A DNA stretch of 50,182 bases, from assembly GCA_043798915.1 (NCBI GenBank), contig JAZDOG010000045.1, positions 1-50,182 on the forward strand, written 5' to 3'. The first letter of the stretch is position 1. Each line of letters begins with the position of its first letter. The position numbers and the translations under genes were made by a program. The notes beneath the pieces are model-generated. The model was not told the DNA's origin, did no database searches, and saw nothing but the letters and a program-made list of their open reading frames with translations. The stretch is from Pseudomonadota bacterium (lineage in GTDB: Bacteria > UBA10199 > 2-02-FULL-44-16 > JAAZCA01). This document shows, piece by piece, positions 49,893 to 50,182 of the stretch.

Positions 49893-50182
49893 ATCATTTT
49901 CATTCCAAGAAAAACCGCATTAAAAATATTTTTCGTTCCCATGGATTTTCCAACACGCCTCTTGTAATTGACCGGTATCTCGATGAATCGCACACCGTTA
50001 ACCCTGGCCGCCATTACCATCTCCGGGTTGAAGCACGACCCCGTCACCCTGAATTTATCCAAAATCGTGCCGAGCGTGGCCTTTTTAATCAGGCGCATTG
50101 TACAGCCAACATCAGAAAGAGAGGCCGTATCAAAAAGGATTTCAAGTAATTTTGCCACCAGATAATTTCCTAAACGGAGTGG
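49850..50182 (-). CDS. GT2 glycosyltransferase (DPM1-like), 5' end outside the window
   Basis: LSDVGCTMRL, FNPEM and EIPVNY..RVG.S C-terminal motifs. The frame stays open to the window edge. Confidence 0.8.
   Translation of the reverse strand, partial: PLRLGNYLVAKLLEILFDTASLSDVGCTMRLIKKATLGTILDKFRVTGSCFNPEMVMAARVNGVRFIEIPVNYKRRVGKSMGTKNIFNAVFLGMKMIWLILTYRVKTIVR

Overview
A GC-rich bacterial chromosomal window, probably from a deltaproteobacterial-type lineage (inferred from gene content). No rRNA, tRNA, CRISPR array, transposase or prophage is visible. From left to right: (1) a ~120-bp MITE-like inverted-repeat element, then a leftward operon (73-aa ORF, solitary ECF S-component, class I methyltransferase) divergent from nikR-amrB, with a 27-bp palindrome between them that looks like a NikR operator; (2) a type IV filament system with MSH-like features, split by gltX-glnS into a minor-pilin operon (2983-5532) and an assembly operon (ExeA/MshM-like ATPase, TPR protein, PilM/N/O/P/Q-like proteins, cold-shock-like ORF; 8871-15156); (3) housekeeping genes glmU-glmS-pcrA, tldD and pgeF; (4) a wzi-MMPL-yitT unit; (5) the distal ~21 kb of an AT-richer surface-polysaccharide locus running off the right edge, with a D-glucuronyl C5-epimerase-like protein, two radical SAM enzymes, a methyltransferase and an amidotransferase. 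Three unrelated families of short palindromic repeats occur in the first 11.3 kb. The best candidates for undescribed biology are the NikR-linked solitary S-component module, the MSH-like pilus with a degenerate PilM and a cold-shock-like tail gene, and the radical-SAM/C5-epimerase glycan-tailoring cassette. All protein calls come from motif recognition by eye; no database search was run.
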